A DNA stretch of 64,000 nt from Octopus vulgaris. Its lineage: Eukaryota. The position numbers and the translations under genes are program-made. Where the stretch lies: NCBI GenBank assembly GCA_951406725.2, contig OX597814.1, forward strand, positions 86,552,001-86,616,000, given 5' to 3'. Below the pieces are notes generated by a model. It ran no database searches and was not told the DNA's origin. It worked only from the letters and a program-made list of their open reading frames with translations. How positions within the stretch are numbered: the first letter of the stretch is position 1; every line of letters starts with the position of its first letter. Shown in pieces: positions 1-11,860 of this stretch.

Positions 1-460
1 AAGCTAAAGGTTGTCTTATCCCTAATATTTTCTATTCTTGTACTGCTGAGCAACTCAGTGTATTCTCTTACTTGTCAGGTTTTTTATTGGCTTCAATCAC
101 AAGTGAATTTCCAATTAGAGTCAATAAACACCACGCAAAGGAGAATGTTTCTGGTGCTTTCTTCTTCCATGGAAGAAATACTGCTGTGGCTGACCATTGA
201 AATTCTGGTGAGACACTCATCCAGTGAACCTAAAATTGCTGAGGTATATTCTATATCTGTTTCTCTAGAGACAGTAGAACTCTAGATAATTAGAATCATA
301 GAGATATGCAAACTTAACATATAACTAGAAACAAGTATTGCATCAAACTTCCATACATTTCCATGATAAAAATTTAAGGGCATTGAACTGAGAATTAACT
401 CCAAATACCTATATCTCAAATAAGTTTCTCACCTACTACAACAAAGCAGGTGTCGTATAC

Positions 461-730
461 ATCATCATCATGTAACGTCTGTTGTCATTGTCAGTATGGT
501 TGGATAGTTTGACCAGGGCTGGTAAGCTGGAGGGCTGCACCAGACTCCAGTGTGATTGGCATGGTTTCTATGGCTCGATGCCCTTTCTAATGCTAACCAC
601 TCCGAGGGTGTTGTGGGTGCTTTTGCATGCCAGTTGTGTGACACAAGTATCTGCCATGACTATGATTTCACTTGGCTTGATGGGTCTTCTTCTCAAGCAA
701 AGCATATTACCGAAGGTCTCAGTCATTTGT
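461..730 (-). mobile_element. RTE-type LINE/SINE 3' end with (GAT)n tail
   Basis: (cat)n run at 460-471 on the + strand. Same 3' sequence as copies at 15640-15805, 37531-37677, 42960-43105 and 48940-49087. Confidence 0.7.
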
Positions 731-761
731 TATACATATATATATATATATATATATGTAT

Positions 762-1053
762 CACTGTAACTGACCAGGCTATCAGATGTTGATACACATC
801 GCTGGTCACAATGCGCTTCACATTGTTTTAGCCTTCAAATGACGCCACCCTGCTGGCTAAGCAAGCAGGCCAACAGAAGAAAGAGTGAGAAATAGTTGTG
901 GCGAAAGTGTACAGCAGGGATCGCCACCACCCGCTGCCAGCGCCTCGTGGAGCTTTAGGTGTGTTTTCGCTCAATAAACGCCCAGTCTGGGAATCGAAAG
1001 CATGATCCTACAACCACGAGTGCGCTGCCCTAACCACTGGGCCATTGCACCTC
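762..1053 (-). mobile_element. tRNA-derived SINE
   Basis: Minus strand starts GAGGTGCAATGGCCCAGTGGTTAGGG (A box) and has TTCGATTCCC (B box). A partial second copy lies at 6530-6712. Confidence 0.75.
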
Positions 1054-1054
1054 T

Positions 1055-1086
<32 letters not shown>

Positions 1087-1201
1087 GTGTGTTTGTTTAT
1101 ATGTGTATGTAGGTGTGCATAAATGTATATATATGTGTATATATATGTATGTATATGTGTGTATATATATATATATATGTGTGTGTATATATATATATAT
1201 A

Positions 1202-1237
<36 letters not shown>

Positions 1238-1241
1238 ACAT

Positions 1242-1684
1242 GGGACTAAAGCCATCTGAATATGGCTAGGGACAGGGCAGGGTGGTGGGGGTGTTACTGT
1301 TGCATTTAGCCCCAGGCGAACATCAACGTCGCCAGATAGGCTTGACACCATCACGGCGTCCTCTCTATCCTGCAAAGGGAGATAATTCCCCGATGAAGCG
1401 GAAACCACACACGGACCTAGGTTTCAAGGTGTTTGCCTATTATCAACGTATGGTAGGCACCCGCTTCCTCGACGAACCACTCACTCTGCAGGATATTTAT
1501 ATAGATTTTCAAGCAAAATACATTTGCTGATTTCGAAAATCTGTTCGACAGCAATAATAATTCTCTAAATGAGATATAGACAGTAACTGCTCCATAACAT
1601 AAGGGACTAAAGCCATCTGAATATGGCTAGGGACAGGGCAGGGTGGTGGGGGTGTTACTGTTGCATTTAGCCCCAGGCGAACAT
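1242..1684. repeat. 361-bp unit with 82-bp identical direct terminal repeats, highly self-complementary
   Basis: 1242-1323 is identical to 1603-1684; several internal stems (see findings). Confidence 0.85.
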
Positions 1685-4054
1685 ACTGGCTTCATTCCTT
1701 GCAAACTTACGCATGTCCTCAGCAGTCATGGCCCATCTTTCACTGCCATGTAGCATGGCTGTTCGCACACATGCGTCATACAATCTACTTTTTACTCTGA
1801 GCGTGAGGCCTTTTGTCACCAGCAGAGGCAAGAGTTCTCTGAACTTTGCCTAGGCTATTCTTATTCTAGCAGCTACACTTTCAGAGCATCCACCCCTGTT
1901 ACTGATTTGGTCCCCTAGGTAATGGAAGCTATCACTACTTGTAGTTTTTCTCCTTAGAATGTGACAAAAGCTGTTCTCTGCACATTTTCAGTGTTTACAG
2001 CACCTGAGCATTTGCCACATGCAAAAACTATCTTCCTAGTTAGCCTTTGATATTGCTGCACCTCTTATGTGTCCATTAGCTTACACTGGGTCATCTTATA
2101 GAGTTTCTACCTACGCCTTTTCTACAGATTGAGCAGGACCATCAACCTGAAGGGATTTGTGGTTTGTCTGCCTTCTTACTTATTAAGACTTTGGTTTTAG
2201 CTGAATTGACTCTAAGGCCCTTCAATTCTAATCCTTGCTTCCACACCAGAAACTTTTCCTCTAGTTCTGATAGTGACTCAGCAATTAGAGCAAGGTCATC
2301 AGCATAGAGGAGTTCCCAGGAGCATCATGTCTTGAATTCCTCTGTCATTGACTGGAGAACTATGATGAATAAGAGGGGGCTGAGGACTGAACCCCTACCC
2401 GGAATTCTTCACTGTACTCGTTGCCAACCCTCAACTTACTGACAGCATCCTTATACATGCTTGCACAACTCTCACTAGCCATTCATCTATCCCTAGTTTC
2501 CTCATTGTCCATCAGAAAAGGGATCGGGAGACCCTGTCAAAGGCTTTCTCCATGTCAATGAAAGCCAGGTACAGAGGTTTGTCTTTCGCTAGGTATTTCT
2601 CCTACAGCTGTCTTACCAGAAATATAGCATCAGTGGTGCTTCTCCCTGGCATGAACCCAAACTGCATGTCATCTAGGCTGACTCTCTCCCCAATTAGTTG
2701 GGCTATGACCCTTTTCATGACCTTCATTACCTGATCCAACAACTTGATATTTCTGTAATTATTTGTATCTAAAGTGTCACATTTACCTTTGTAGCAGTTG
2801 ACTATGGTGCTGCTACACCAGTCATTATGTACGACTTCTTCATGTATCACCTTGTTAACTATACGGGTGACTTGGCTATAGCCAACACTGCCAGATATTT
2901 TGAGCATCTCTGCAGTGATTCCTGATGGGCCAGGGGCTTTCCCTGTCTTCATACCCTTAATTGCTTTATCTACCAAGGTACTGTCAATTCAGATAGCTGG
3001 TCACTCTGTTGGGTCGGCATTTGGCAGGCTCTCTTTCTCCCATTCGCTCTCTTTATTTAGCAACCTTTCATAGTGGCGTCTCCATACCTCTCTCTTTGCA
3101 GCCTTATTTAATGCAAGTGAACCATCATCCATGCGAACACATTTCTCTCCTACGACATCACGATTCTCTCTCTCACACAGTCTTGCAACACAAAATACCT
3201 CAAGTCCTTGGTCTTCACAGCACAGAACATTGGCAAATTTTTTCTTATCTCTTTCCCCTCTGGCTAAATAAACCTATCTCCTAGCTTCCCTTCTGACAGT
3301 CTGATACAACTCCCTGCTACCACCGGTCGTCCAGTCCTCAAAGCCTGTTTCTTTTCCCTAATGGCCCTGTCAACAACATTGTTCCACCACGTTACCTAGG
3401 GTTGAGAGGGGACTTTGCACCATCCACAGATCTGGTCAGTAGCCCTCAGCAGGTTGTCCCATAGAAACCTAAAGTTGTCTCCAGCATCATGTGATGCTAT
3501 ATTCCCCTCTATTTCGTCAAAAGCTTCAAGTAATGCGTCTCTAAATCTCTGTCCAGTCGCAGAATCTTTAAGTTTTCACACCCTTCTCCTCCGTGCAGGT
3601 CATCTTCAAGGCATCCATTTAGCCCTGATCCTGAAGTTGCTAACTAGTCTATGTTGTGGGGTACATTCTTCGCCTGGGAAGGTTTTGGCATTTATAAGCA
3701 GCCATCTCTCCCTTTTTCTGGCAAGGATGTAGTCAATTTGGCTAGTGTGTCTAACAGACTGGTAGTTGACTAGGTGACTGGCAGGATTCCTGAAGTTAGT
3801 ATTGCAAACCAGAAGTTAGTATTGCAGAACTCCAGCAGCCTGGTTTCATCTTCATTGCGGGAACCAAAACCGTAGCCTCCATGTACACCATGGAAGTCCC
3901 TTATATGTTGTCCAACATGTCCATTGAAGTCACCAGCCACAAAGAGAAGGTCCCTGTCAATTGTCAAGGAGGTAGTCTGCAAGAGGGTGTCATAGAATCG
4001 GTCTTTCTGTCCATTAGGTAGCCCTGGCTGAGGGGTATAGGCCGAAATAATGGT

Positions 4055-4055
<1 letters not shown>
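1685..4055 (-). mobile_element. RTE-clade LINE, decayed (APE endonuclease and reverse transcriptase)
   Basis: Motifs GDFNGHVG, SQIDYIL, GKAPGPSG, QFGFMPGRSTTDAIF, FIDMEKAFDRV, YADD (2306-2295). Stops and frameshifts; truncated at both ends. Confidence 0.93.
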
Positions 4056-4097
<42 letters not shown>

Positions 4098-5054
4098 TTA
4101 TATAAATAAGGATAAGATCGTTATTTAAATACCCATCTTATCAGGTGGCCAGCATGGGAATAAAAACCTTCAAAGGTAATAATTATTATTAATATTATAA
4201 TTTAGGGTATCTAAAATAAACTTTTTTTTGCTAGTTTATTTTGTCTCTTTGTCTTCTCTCCTGGTGCTGTATGAACATTTAATGTTTTAGAGTCAAGTTT
4301 TCGCTGCTATTTCCAGCGTGGTGGTATCTCCTAGATTCCCTAAATTTTATATATATATATATATATATATAAACACACACACACAAGTGCACTAACATAT
4401 ATACATATATGAAAAGGGTTCTTTCAGTTTTTGTCTACTAAATCCACTAAGCTTTGGTCATTCCACATCTACAATAGAAGCTTGTCCAAGGTGCCACACA
4501 GTGAGACTGGTCCTGAGACCCATGTAGTTCAGAAGCAAATTTATCACACAACTATGCCTGACATACAAGGACGAAAGTGAAACCAGTTAAAATAACCATA
4601 AATGAGAAAACTCATAAAAAGAAATTCTAGCAAAACAACAGTTGATGCTAATTCTGAAATCTCTAAATCTGAGACAATGTAACCAAGTGAAGCAATTGTT
4701 TCTGAAATCACACTGAACCCAAGTCTTATCAACAATAAGATTCTGGACATGCACAATATTGAATCATATCACTAACTCATCCAGATTCTTAAAACTTATC
4801 GAACACAGTAGGTGGTGAATTGGCATTTATTCCGACTCATTGTGTTCTAAGTTCAAATTCTGCCATGGTTATCTTAGTCACACATTCTTTCTGAGCTGAT
4901 AAAATCTACCAAACCAAGGTGGTGAATTAGCAGAACTACAAAAATGTCCAACCAGGTACCTTGCAGTACTTGTTCTGGCTGTTCCAACTCCAAATCTCAT
5001 GGTTTACTTGGGTTTTAGATCTAATTCATCACTTAGTTTATCATTACCATTGGA

Positions 5055-5482
5055 TGCAGGTGTGGCTGTGTGGTAAGAAGCTTGCTTCCTAACCACATGG
5101 TTTTGGGTTCAGTCATACTGCACAACACCTAGGCATGTGTCTTCTGTTATAGCTCCAGGCCAGCCAAAGCTGTGAGTGAATTTGGAAAACGGAAACTGAA
5201 AGCCTGTCATATATACATATAAGCAAGTGTGTGTGTGTGTGTGTTTTTCTGTCTCCTTGATTTGACGTCATATGATACTTGTAAATGAGTGTCACCATCA
5301 TGCAGTCTCCTTCATTCCCAATATTCTGTGAAAACATGTCCAGTCATGGGGGAATATTACCTTGCTTGAAAACAGGTAAGAGTTGGTGACAGAAAGGGCA
5401 TCCCGCCATAGGAAATCCACCTCAACAAATTCCATCTGACCCATGAAAGCATGAAGAGATGGATGTAAAAACAATGATGACG
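5055..5482 (+). mobile_element. tRNA-derived SINE, family 1 (GCAGG.GTGGCTGTGTGGTAAGAAG... head)
   Basis: A and B boxes, internal (TG)n, RTE-like (GAT)n tail. Further copies near 4415-4560(-), 8520-8750(-), 22600-22775(-), 32390-32760(+), 33020-33155(-), 34170-34975(+), 35057-35420(+), 44955-45560(-), 45800-46185(-), 58992-59300(+). Confidence 0.8.
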
Positions 5483-6910
5483 ATAAAGTACCCTGGTACC
5501 TTCAGTGCTTTTAGCAGACTTCACTCTGTTGTAAGCATTCAAATCAGGTCTAAAGTTTAAGGAAATCTCCCTCCTTCCATCCCAGTAATCTTGGAGAATC
5601 TGTAGAGGGTCATGAGCTCATGATGCTGCCTTTCCCACCACCTGACAAAAAGATTGAAAAGTACAATAATAAACAAAAACTAAAGTGTCCTGAAAATATT
5701 AGACATTGCATTTTTTTTAAAGCTAAAGATAACAGAAAACGAAGCCCCAATAAATTATTTAAAACTTACATTTTCAGGACAACAAATTATATAGCTAATT
5801 TTAGTAATATGGCAACTTCTCCCACATTATAAAAACACATAGTCATAAAAGTAGAAGCATTGCTTACACCAGATAGTATTTTACTATACAAATCCCCATA
5901 GCAGCTAACTTTGGGTTCAATTCAATTACTTTTTCGTGACTAGATAGATACTTTATACCACTTGATTTCTTATTTAAGTAATTTTATACAGGGTCTTTCC
6001 TGTTAGTATTTGTGTAAAACATTTTTTTGAGAAATGTTTTATTTCTAGTTGATCTTTCCTGCTATAGTTTAGGACACCATTGTTAAGTTAAATTGACACA
6101 CCTATATTTAAGTAGGGCAATAGAAACCCATGACATGTTACTGTATTGCTTATGTAAATAAGACAAACAACAATCCCCATTATACTCAGCTTGATTAATT
6201 CTCATGCCTTGAAACACTCACATTCTCACAGTAGTAAACCATGAAGCTTATTTTTTTTCTGTACAATCAATGTGACCACAGACAAAGAAACAGAAAGAAG
6301 AGTGACTATGATTTAAAAAAAAAAGGCTTGGCTCTATGAATAGAGACTGCTTTGTTACCATGTGGCCTCAAGTTCCATCTTATTGTGTGGTATCTTGAGC
6401 AAGTGTTTTCTATTGTAGCTGTGTGCATTATGCACGAAACAAGTAGTCAGAAATAGAATGGAAGCTCCCCCCCACCACCACAATTTAACATTCTAACATT
6501 TGGATAATTTTCTCAAATGTAATGCTTCACAACAGAAGAAAGAGTGAGAGAAAGTTGTGGCGAAAGAGTACAGCAGGGATCGCCACCACCCGCTGCCGGC
6601 GCCTCATGGAGCTTTAGGTGTGTTTTCGCTCAATAAATGCCCAGTCTGGGAATCGAAAGTATGATCCTACAACCATGAGTGCGGTGCCCTAACCACTGGG
6701 CCATTGCACCTCTACATATATATATATATATATATATAATAAAATATTAGGGAATAAATCCAAACTTACAGGGAAAAATCAGATTTAGGATTAAATCCAA
6801 TTTTATAGTATAAATATATTATATTATATATTAAATGAGAGATAAAACCACTATTAGGCAAATCAAACAATGAAAAACATAAGCCAATACATAAAATTAA
6901 TTAATTTATA

Positions 6911-6958
<48 letters not shown>

Positions 6959-8099
6959 ATGTGTTTGTTTATATGTGTATGTAGGTGTGCATAAATGTAT
7001 ATACATATCATCATCATCATAATTGTCAGATTGTTTTGAATTAATCATGCATTATCTCATGGCTTTGAAATTTTGATGATGTAATTGTATATTTTTAGAC
7101 TGACACTATAAAATAGGCATGAGAATCCAGATCTGACTGGTTTGAACATAAAACAGGTAGAATATTTTGGCTGGAAATGACCAGTTTAAATGCTAAAGAG
7201 TTAATGTCAGTTGAATAGTTTGACAAGATTCAATGAGCCAGAGGACAGTGTTGAACTAATGCTTGCTTTGGCATAGTTCCTATAGCTGGATGTCCTTTCT
7301 TATGCAAATCACTTAACAAAATGTATTGGATGTTTTTTTTCTGTGGCATCAAGTAACTTACTAGACAAGAAGCCATTGACTGAAAGGAGGTGCTTTGTAT
7401 TAAGTATGAATGAGACAGGAACAAGTGCCTTGTTGAGGAGATATACAGGTACCCCAGCAGAAAAAAAGGGGGGATGGTGGAGGTGGAGACGAGGTGTCGG
7501 GGTATACCTTCAAGGTACAAGGTGGATAAAGAAAGAATAAGGAAAATTGAGGATGGGTAGGTTTGTGAGTGAGTGAAAGGAGAGTGATAGAGAAATGGAT
7601 AGGGGTGAATGGTGAACATAGGTGGAGGTATGGTCAATGATGAATCTCAGTTTGCGGAAGGTGAAGAAAATAGGAGTGTATCAAAGAAGAGAGGAGTAAT
7701 AGGAAGCAAAACATAAGTGAGGAGATGGAGAGCAACTGTATAATAAAACCATAGATACATGAAAAATGGAGATGATATAAAGTATGTGTGTGAGGGGGAG
7801 AGAAAGAAAGAGAGAGAGAATATGCATAGCGATAGAGACAGGCACACGGGGTGGATATAGTGAGTGACAAAAAAGTGTGGGATGGCAGATATGAGAGGGT
7901 GTTCATTGGAAAACAAAGAGGTATAGGATGATGTTAAGAGTGCAGGATGAGTGTAAAGGAAAGTGATTCCAAGAAGTATAAATGGTACCACAAAAGAGGA
8001 GATAGAATATGTGCCTTCCTGTTCACATATAATTACAGTAGCTGAGGAAATAGTGCTGTGATTAGGGAGGTGAAGGCTGGATGGGTGTTGCAAAAGTGA

Positions 8100-8510
8100 A
8101 TTAATGATATGCTTAATGAGTTTTCTTGAGCACAGCAAGTTGCCAATTATCCCGGTCCTTTGTCATTTCCACAAGGTTCAACACAACCCGAAGTTGGTCA
8201 TTACTGATTTGTCTCATGTCTTCCTGGGTCTCCCTCTTCCACAAGTTCCATCTACCTTTAGCGATCAGCATTTCTTTGTGAAGCTGTCCTCAACCACACA
8301 CATCACATGATTATACTTGTACAATCTTCCCTTTTACACACTACATCTGATGCCACATATACCCAATTTTTCTCTCAGCATATTTGCAATTAGTTATATA
8401 TGAACACTGACATTGCACATCCAGCAGAATATGCTAGCTTCATTTCTTTCTATCTAGCATTGCTGCTCGTGCATAAGCATCATACAATCTCTGGCATTCA
8501 TTCTATAGGG
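8100..8510 (-). mobile_element. RTE LINE 3' fragment
   Basis: Homologous to the ORF end of the copies at 11140-11860 and 42080-42830. Confidence 0.75.
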
Positions 8511-8768
8511 AGAGACTTAAACAAACCAAGACTGGATGTCAAGTGGTGGTGGGGAAACTAAGCACAAAGACACCCTCACTCACACACATGTATATATACA
8601 ATGCATTCATATAGTTATCATCTACCAAATTCATTGACAAGGCATTGATTGACCTGGGGCTACAGTAGTAGACACTTTCCCAAAGTGCCATGCAGTGGGA
8701 CTGAATCTAAAGCAATGAGATTTCAAAGTGAACTTTTTAACTACACTGCCATGTATGTATATACATAA

Positions 8769-8832
<64 letters not shown>

Positions 8833-9274
8833 ACACACACATACCATACATATGTACATGTACACACAAATATGTAAGTATATATACACATACACGTGTG
8901 AGTGCATAAGTTTACATTATATGTTCTCCCATCAAAATGTTGAGCATTAAATGGTGACTTTTATTAACATCTGTTAACAAACTGTCTGGTTGTTCCATGC
9001 TTTCAGAGGGAAGTAGGATTAAAAAAAAAACAATTTGAAAGACAGATAAGAGTTAACAAAGAGAAGGGCATCTAGCTGTAAAAGAATGCCTCAATATGTA
9101 TTCATCTAACTTACATAAGTATGAGAAAGAAAAAAATAATGAACATAAAATTGAACAAATAATCATTTTGAAACAGTTATGAACAACCTGTGACCTACAA
9201 GATTCTTTGAATGGGCACACATTACTAGTTTCAGCCAGAGGGTTGTGGCCATGTTGGGGCACTGCCATTAGCTC

Positions 9275-9590
9275 TGCTACACTTTTACTACTTGAAACCT
9301 CATCTGATATGTGACATTTGGTGAATGAGGGAGTTTGATGTTGCTGCCCTCATCTGCATTTCTTGCTGCAAGGTAGGGTTCATCTGGAACTCTTGACAGG
9401 AGGAGATTCAGTTTTGTTTTGAAGATGCCTACATCCACTCCATGTAGTTCACTCAGGCTTTTAAAGGGGATATTGAAGGCCCTTGGGATCCAAGCTATTG
9501 CAGTATCTAGTCCTGTATCTTGATGGCAATGTTGGGATTTTTGGTACAATGCAGTAGCACCCCATTCTGCTATTTGTGTATGAAAAATTA
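9275..9590 (-). mobile_element. Non-LTR retrotransposon 3' end (CR1-group-like)
   Basis: FNI...L.ELHGVDVGIFKTKLNLLLSRVPDEP is a typical LINE ORF2 C-terminus. Confidence 0.6.
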
Positions 9591-9781
9591 CCTTTAATTT
9601 TTTTTTTAGTAGTGTGGCCCAGCTTCAATTGAACTTATGTCTCATGCAACCCACTTCTCAAGAAAGGTTGCCCAAGCCTGTTCTAAAAGCTTAAAAGAAC
9701 AAAACAAAAGAAACGAAAAAAAAAACACTTGATTTTTTTTTTTTTTGCAACTGAAACGAAAACTTTTGTTCATATTTTTTA

Positions 9782-9787
9782 TTTATT
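9782..9787 (-). promoter_or_regulatory. Candidate polyadenylation signal AATAAA for TMEM248
   Basis: tttatt on the + strand about 1 kb downstream of the stop codon, where the unique 3'UTR-like sequence ends. Confidence 0.4.
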
Positions 9788-10786
9788 TTCTTGATTGATA
9801 TTTTTCTTCCCCTTAATATAACAATTGTTTAATAATAATAACTTTGAAATTCAGGTCCAATATGTACAAATATAGAGAGAAAGAAACAGAAAATAGTCAG
9901 TCACAGGTGGCATTTGACCAAATAGACAAGTGTGAAGTAGAGTTTAACAGAAATAACCTCAACTGGACAACACCAGACAAAATGCTTGACAAACAGTGTT
10001 GTGGAGGAATTATAGGCTGTTGGGGGTCAGTGAATGGGTGGAGAAGACAGTTTATTAAAATAGGAAGAGAAAGAGAGGGCGAGAGAGAGGACAAAATAAG
10101 ATAACAAATAAAAATAACAATGTTGGTAAAGAAATCAAGGAAAAGATGGAGTACAGGTAGGGAAAATCAAATTGTGTGTTTGTATGGAAGTGGGGAGTAG
10201 GTGAGCAGCTGAGGACAGGAAAGCTACAACCAAAAATATAATGGTCTGGTGTAAGTACAAACATACTCTAGTGAACATGTCACACTATAGACAGTGCTTT
10301 ACAGTCACATCAGGCTGGATGCAACATTATGTAGCAACAAAGATAGCAACAACAACAATAGTAGTAGTAGTAGTAGTAGTAGAAGAAGAAGCAGTGATGG
10401 TGGTGGGTTGAGGAGAAGGGAAAGGAGAGAATTAAGAAGTTGCATTAATTATCCATGTCCTGCAAGAGAAATCTGGCTTTTACCATTTAAAACCACTGTT
10501 GCCATCAAACACCATCATTGGGTCCTTATCCGGTGATGATGACAACAACAACAACAGTGATGATGTTAAGAAGTCTCCTCATCAAACCTCAAGTATCCAA
10601 CACACTACTATTGTCTTGCATGTTAAATCCTTTCCTAGTATTAAGTTCCATATTGCAGCAGGGACAAGTTCTGGTAATAAGTTGTCAAAGGAGCAAGGAA
10701 AGGGGGACGTGGGGAGGGGGAGGTGGAATGTGGAGATTGAAAGACTTGCTGAAGTTGTTCATCTAATAGCTGCAAATCTGTGAATA

Positions 10787-10804
10787 TTAGGCTTTGAGAA
10801 ATAC
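10787..10804 (-). CDS. TMEM248: TMEM248 probable terminal coding exon (VFLKA-stop)
   Basis: Strong acceptor ctttcttgtatctatttcag ending 10805, then GTA TTT CTC AAA GCC TAA in phase 0. Followed by about 1 kb of transposon-free, 3'UTR-like sequence. Confidence 0.75.
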   Translation of the reverse strand, partial: VFLKA

Positions 10805-11139
10805 CTGAAATAGATACAAGAAAGTGCATTAAATATTGAAACATTAAAAAAATAATTTAAGAAAAAATATATATATAAGTTAACTATTTCTCCATAGACT
10901 GGAACAATGATGAACAGTCTTAATTCATTTTCAAACCTTATTCGATTCTCACCAAGTGTACACACTATTTTTTTGGAATGGTGAAGCTAGAAGTGGATAA
11001 AGCTGGTAAGAATAAAGTTTCTAAAATGGATAGAAAAATCTAAAAGATTTCTTTGCTCAATAGTAGAACATGTGTCATTCTTAAAAATGTGGGTTCAGTT
11101 TCAATGAGCAACCTTCAATTTTACCTATCCAAAGATTTT

Positions 11140-11860
11140 TTTTTAAACACAGGTATCACAGGTAAATTAACAGATAAAGTTGTCTTTGTATGTGGCAGAT
11201 GTGCAGGAACAATAAGCACTAAGAGCACACAGGAATTAGATTCTCTCAAATGCCCAGGAGGCTCTCTTGAGGTTGTAGATAGTTTCTGGTACGTCAATGA
11301 CCAAATTAGCAATGGTGGAGGATGCGCTGAAAGCAGTGTTTCTAGAATAAGAATTAGGTGGAGGAAGTTCAGAGAGATATTACCTCTGTTGGAAACAAAA
11401 AGCCTCTCTCTCAGAATGAAAGGTAGACTATATGATGCTTGTGTACAATTAGCTATACTCCATGGAGTGAGACATGGGCTCTGAATGCTGAAGACATGCA
11501 TAGACTGGAGAGAAACGAAAGTATTATGCTCTGTTGGATGTGCAACACCAGTGCACATGTATGACAAAGTGCAAATGTAGTAAAAGAAAAGTTGGGCATA
11601 AGAGGAATCAAATGTAGCATGCAAGAGAGAAGACTACGTTGGTTTGGACATGTGATGTATATGAATGAGGACAGCGGCATAAAGAAGTGCTTATCACTGA
11701 AAGTGGATGATACCCGCAGAAGAGGGAGACCCAGAAAGAAGTGGGATAAAGTGGTGAGGACCGATCTGAGGATGTTGGGCTCACGGAAGAAATGACCATA
11801 GACCAAGATATCTGGCAATATGAAGTTCTTGAGAAGACCCATCCACATCAGTAACACTGA
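11140..11860 (+). mobile_element. RTE LINE 3' fragment in the last TMEM248 intron (antisense)
   Basis: FVCGRC...EVVDSF...WRKFRE...KGRLYDACV...RRLRWFGHV...GRPRKKW. Confidence 0.88.

Noticed and set aside
1053-1241. YIYI/THTH-rich ORFs (also 8631-8891 and similar)
   Set aside because: Translations of (TA)n and (TG)n microsatellites.
1389-1425. Hammerhead core CCGATGA-AGCG-GAAAC in the 361-nt unit
   Set aside because: U4 is replaced, stem II cannot form, there is no stem I partner, and the bases pair better with 1462-1471.
7230-8138. Long minus-strand ORFs (135 and 163 aa)
   Set aside because: Low-complexity pyrimidine-rich sequence next to an RTE 3' end, with no recognisable domain.
10294-10783. 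Plus-strand N/S/R-rich ORFs
   Set aside because: Antisense translations of trinucleotide repeats in the probable TMEM248 3'UTR.
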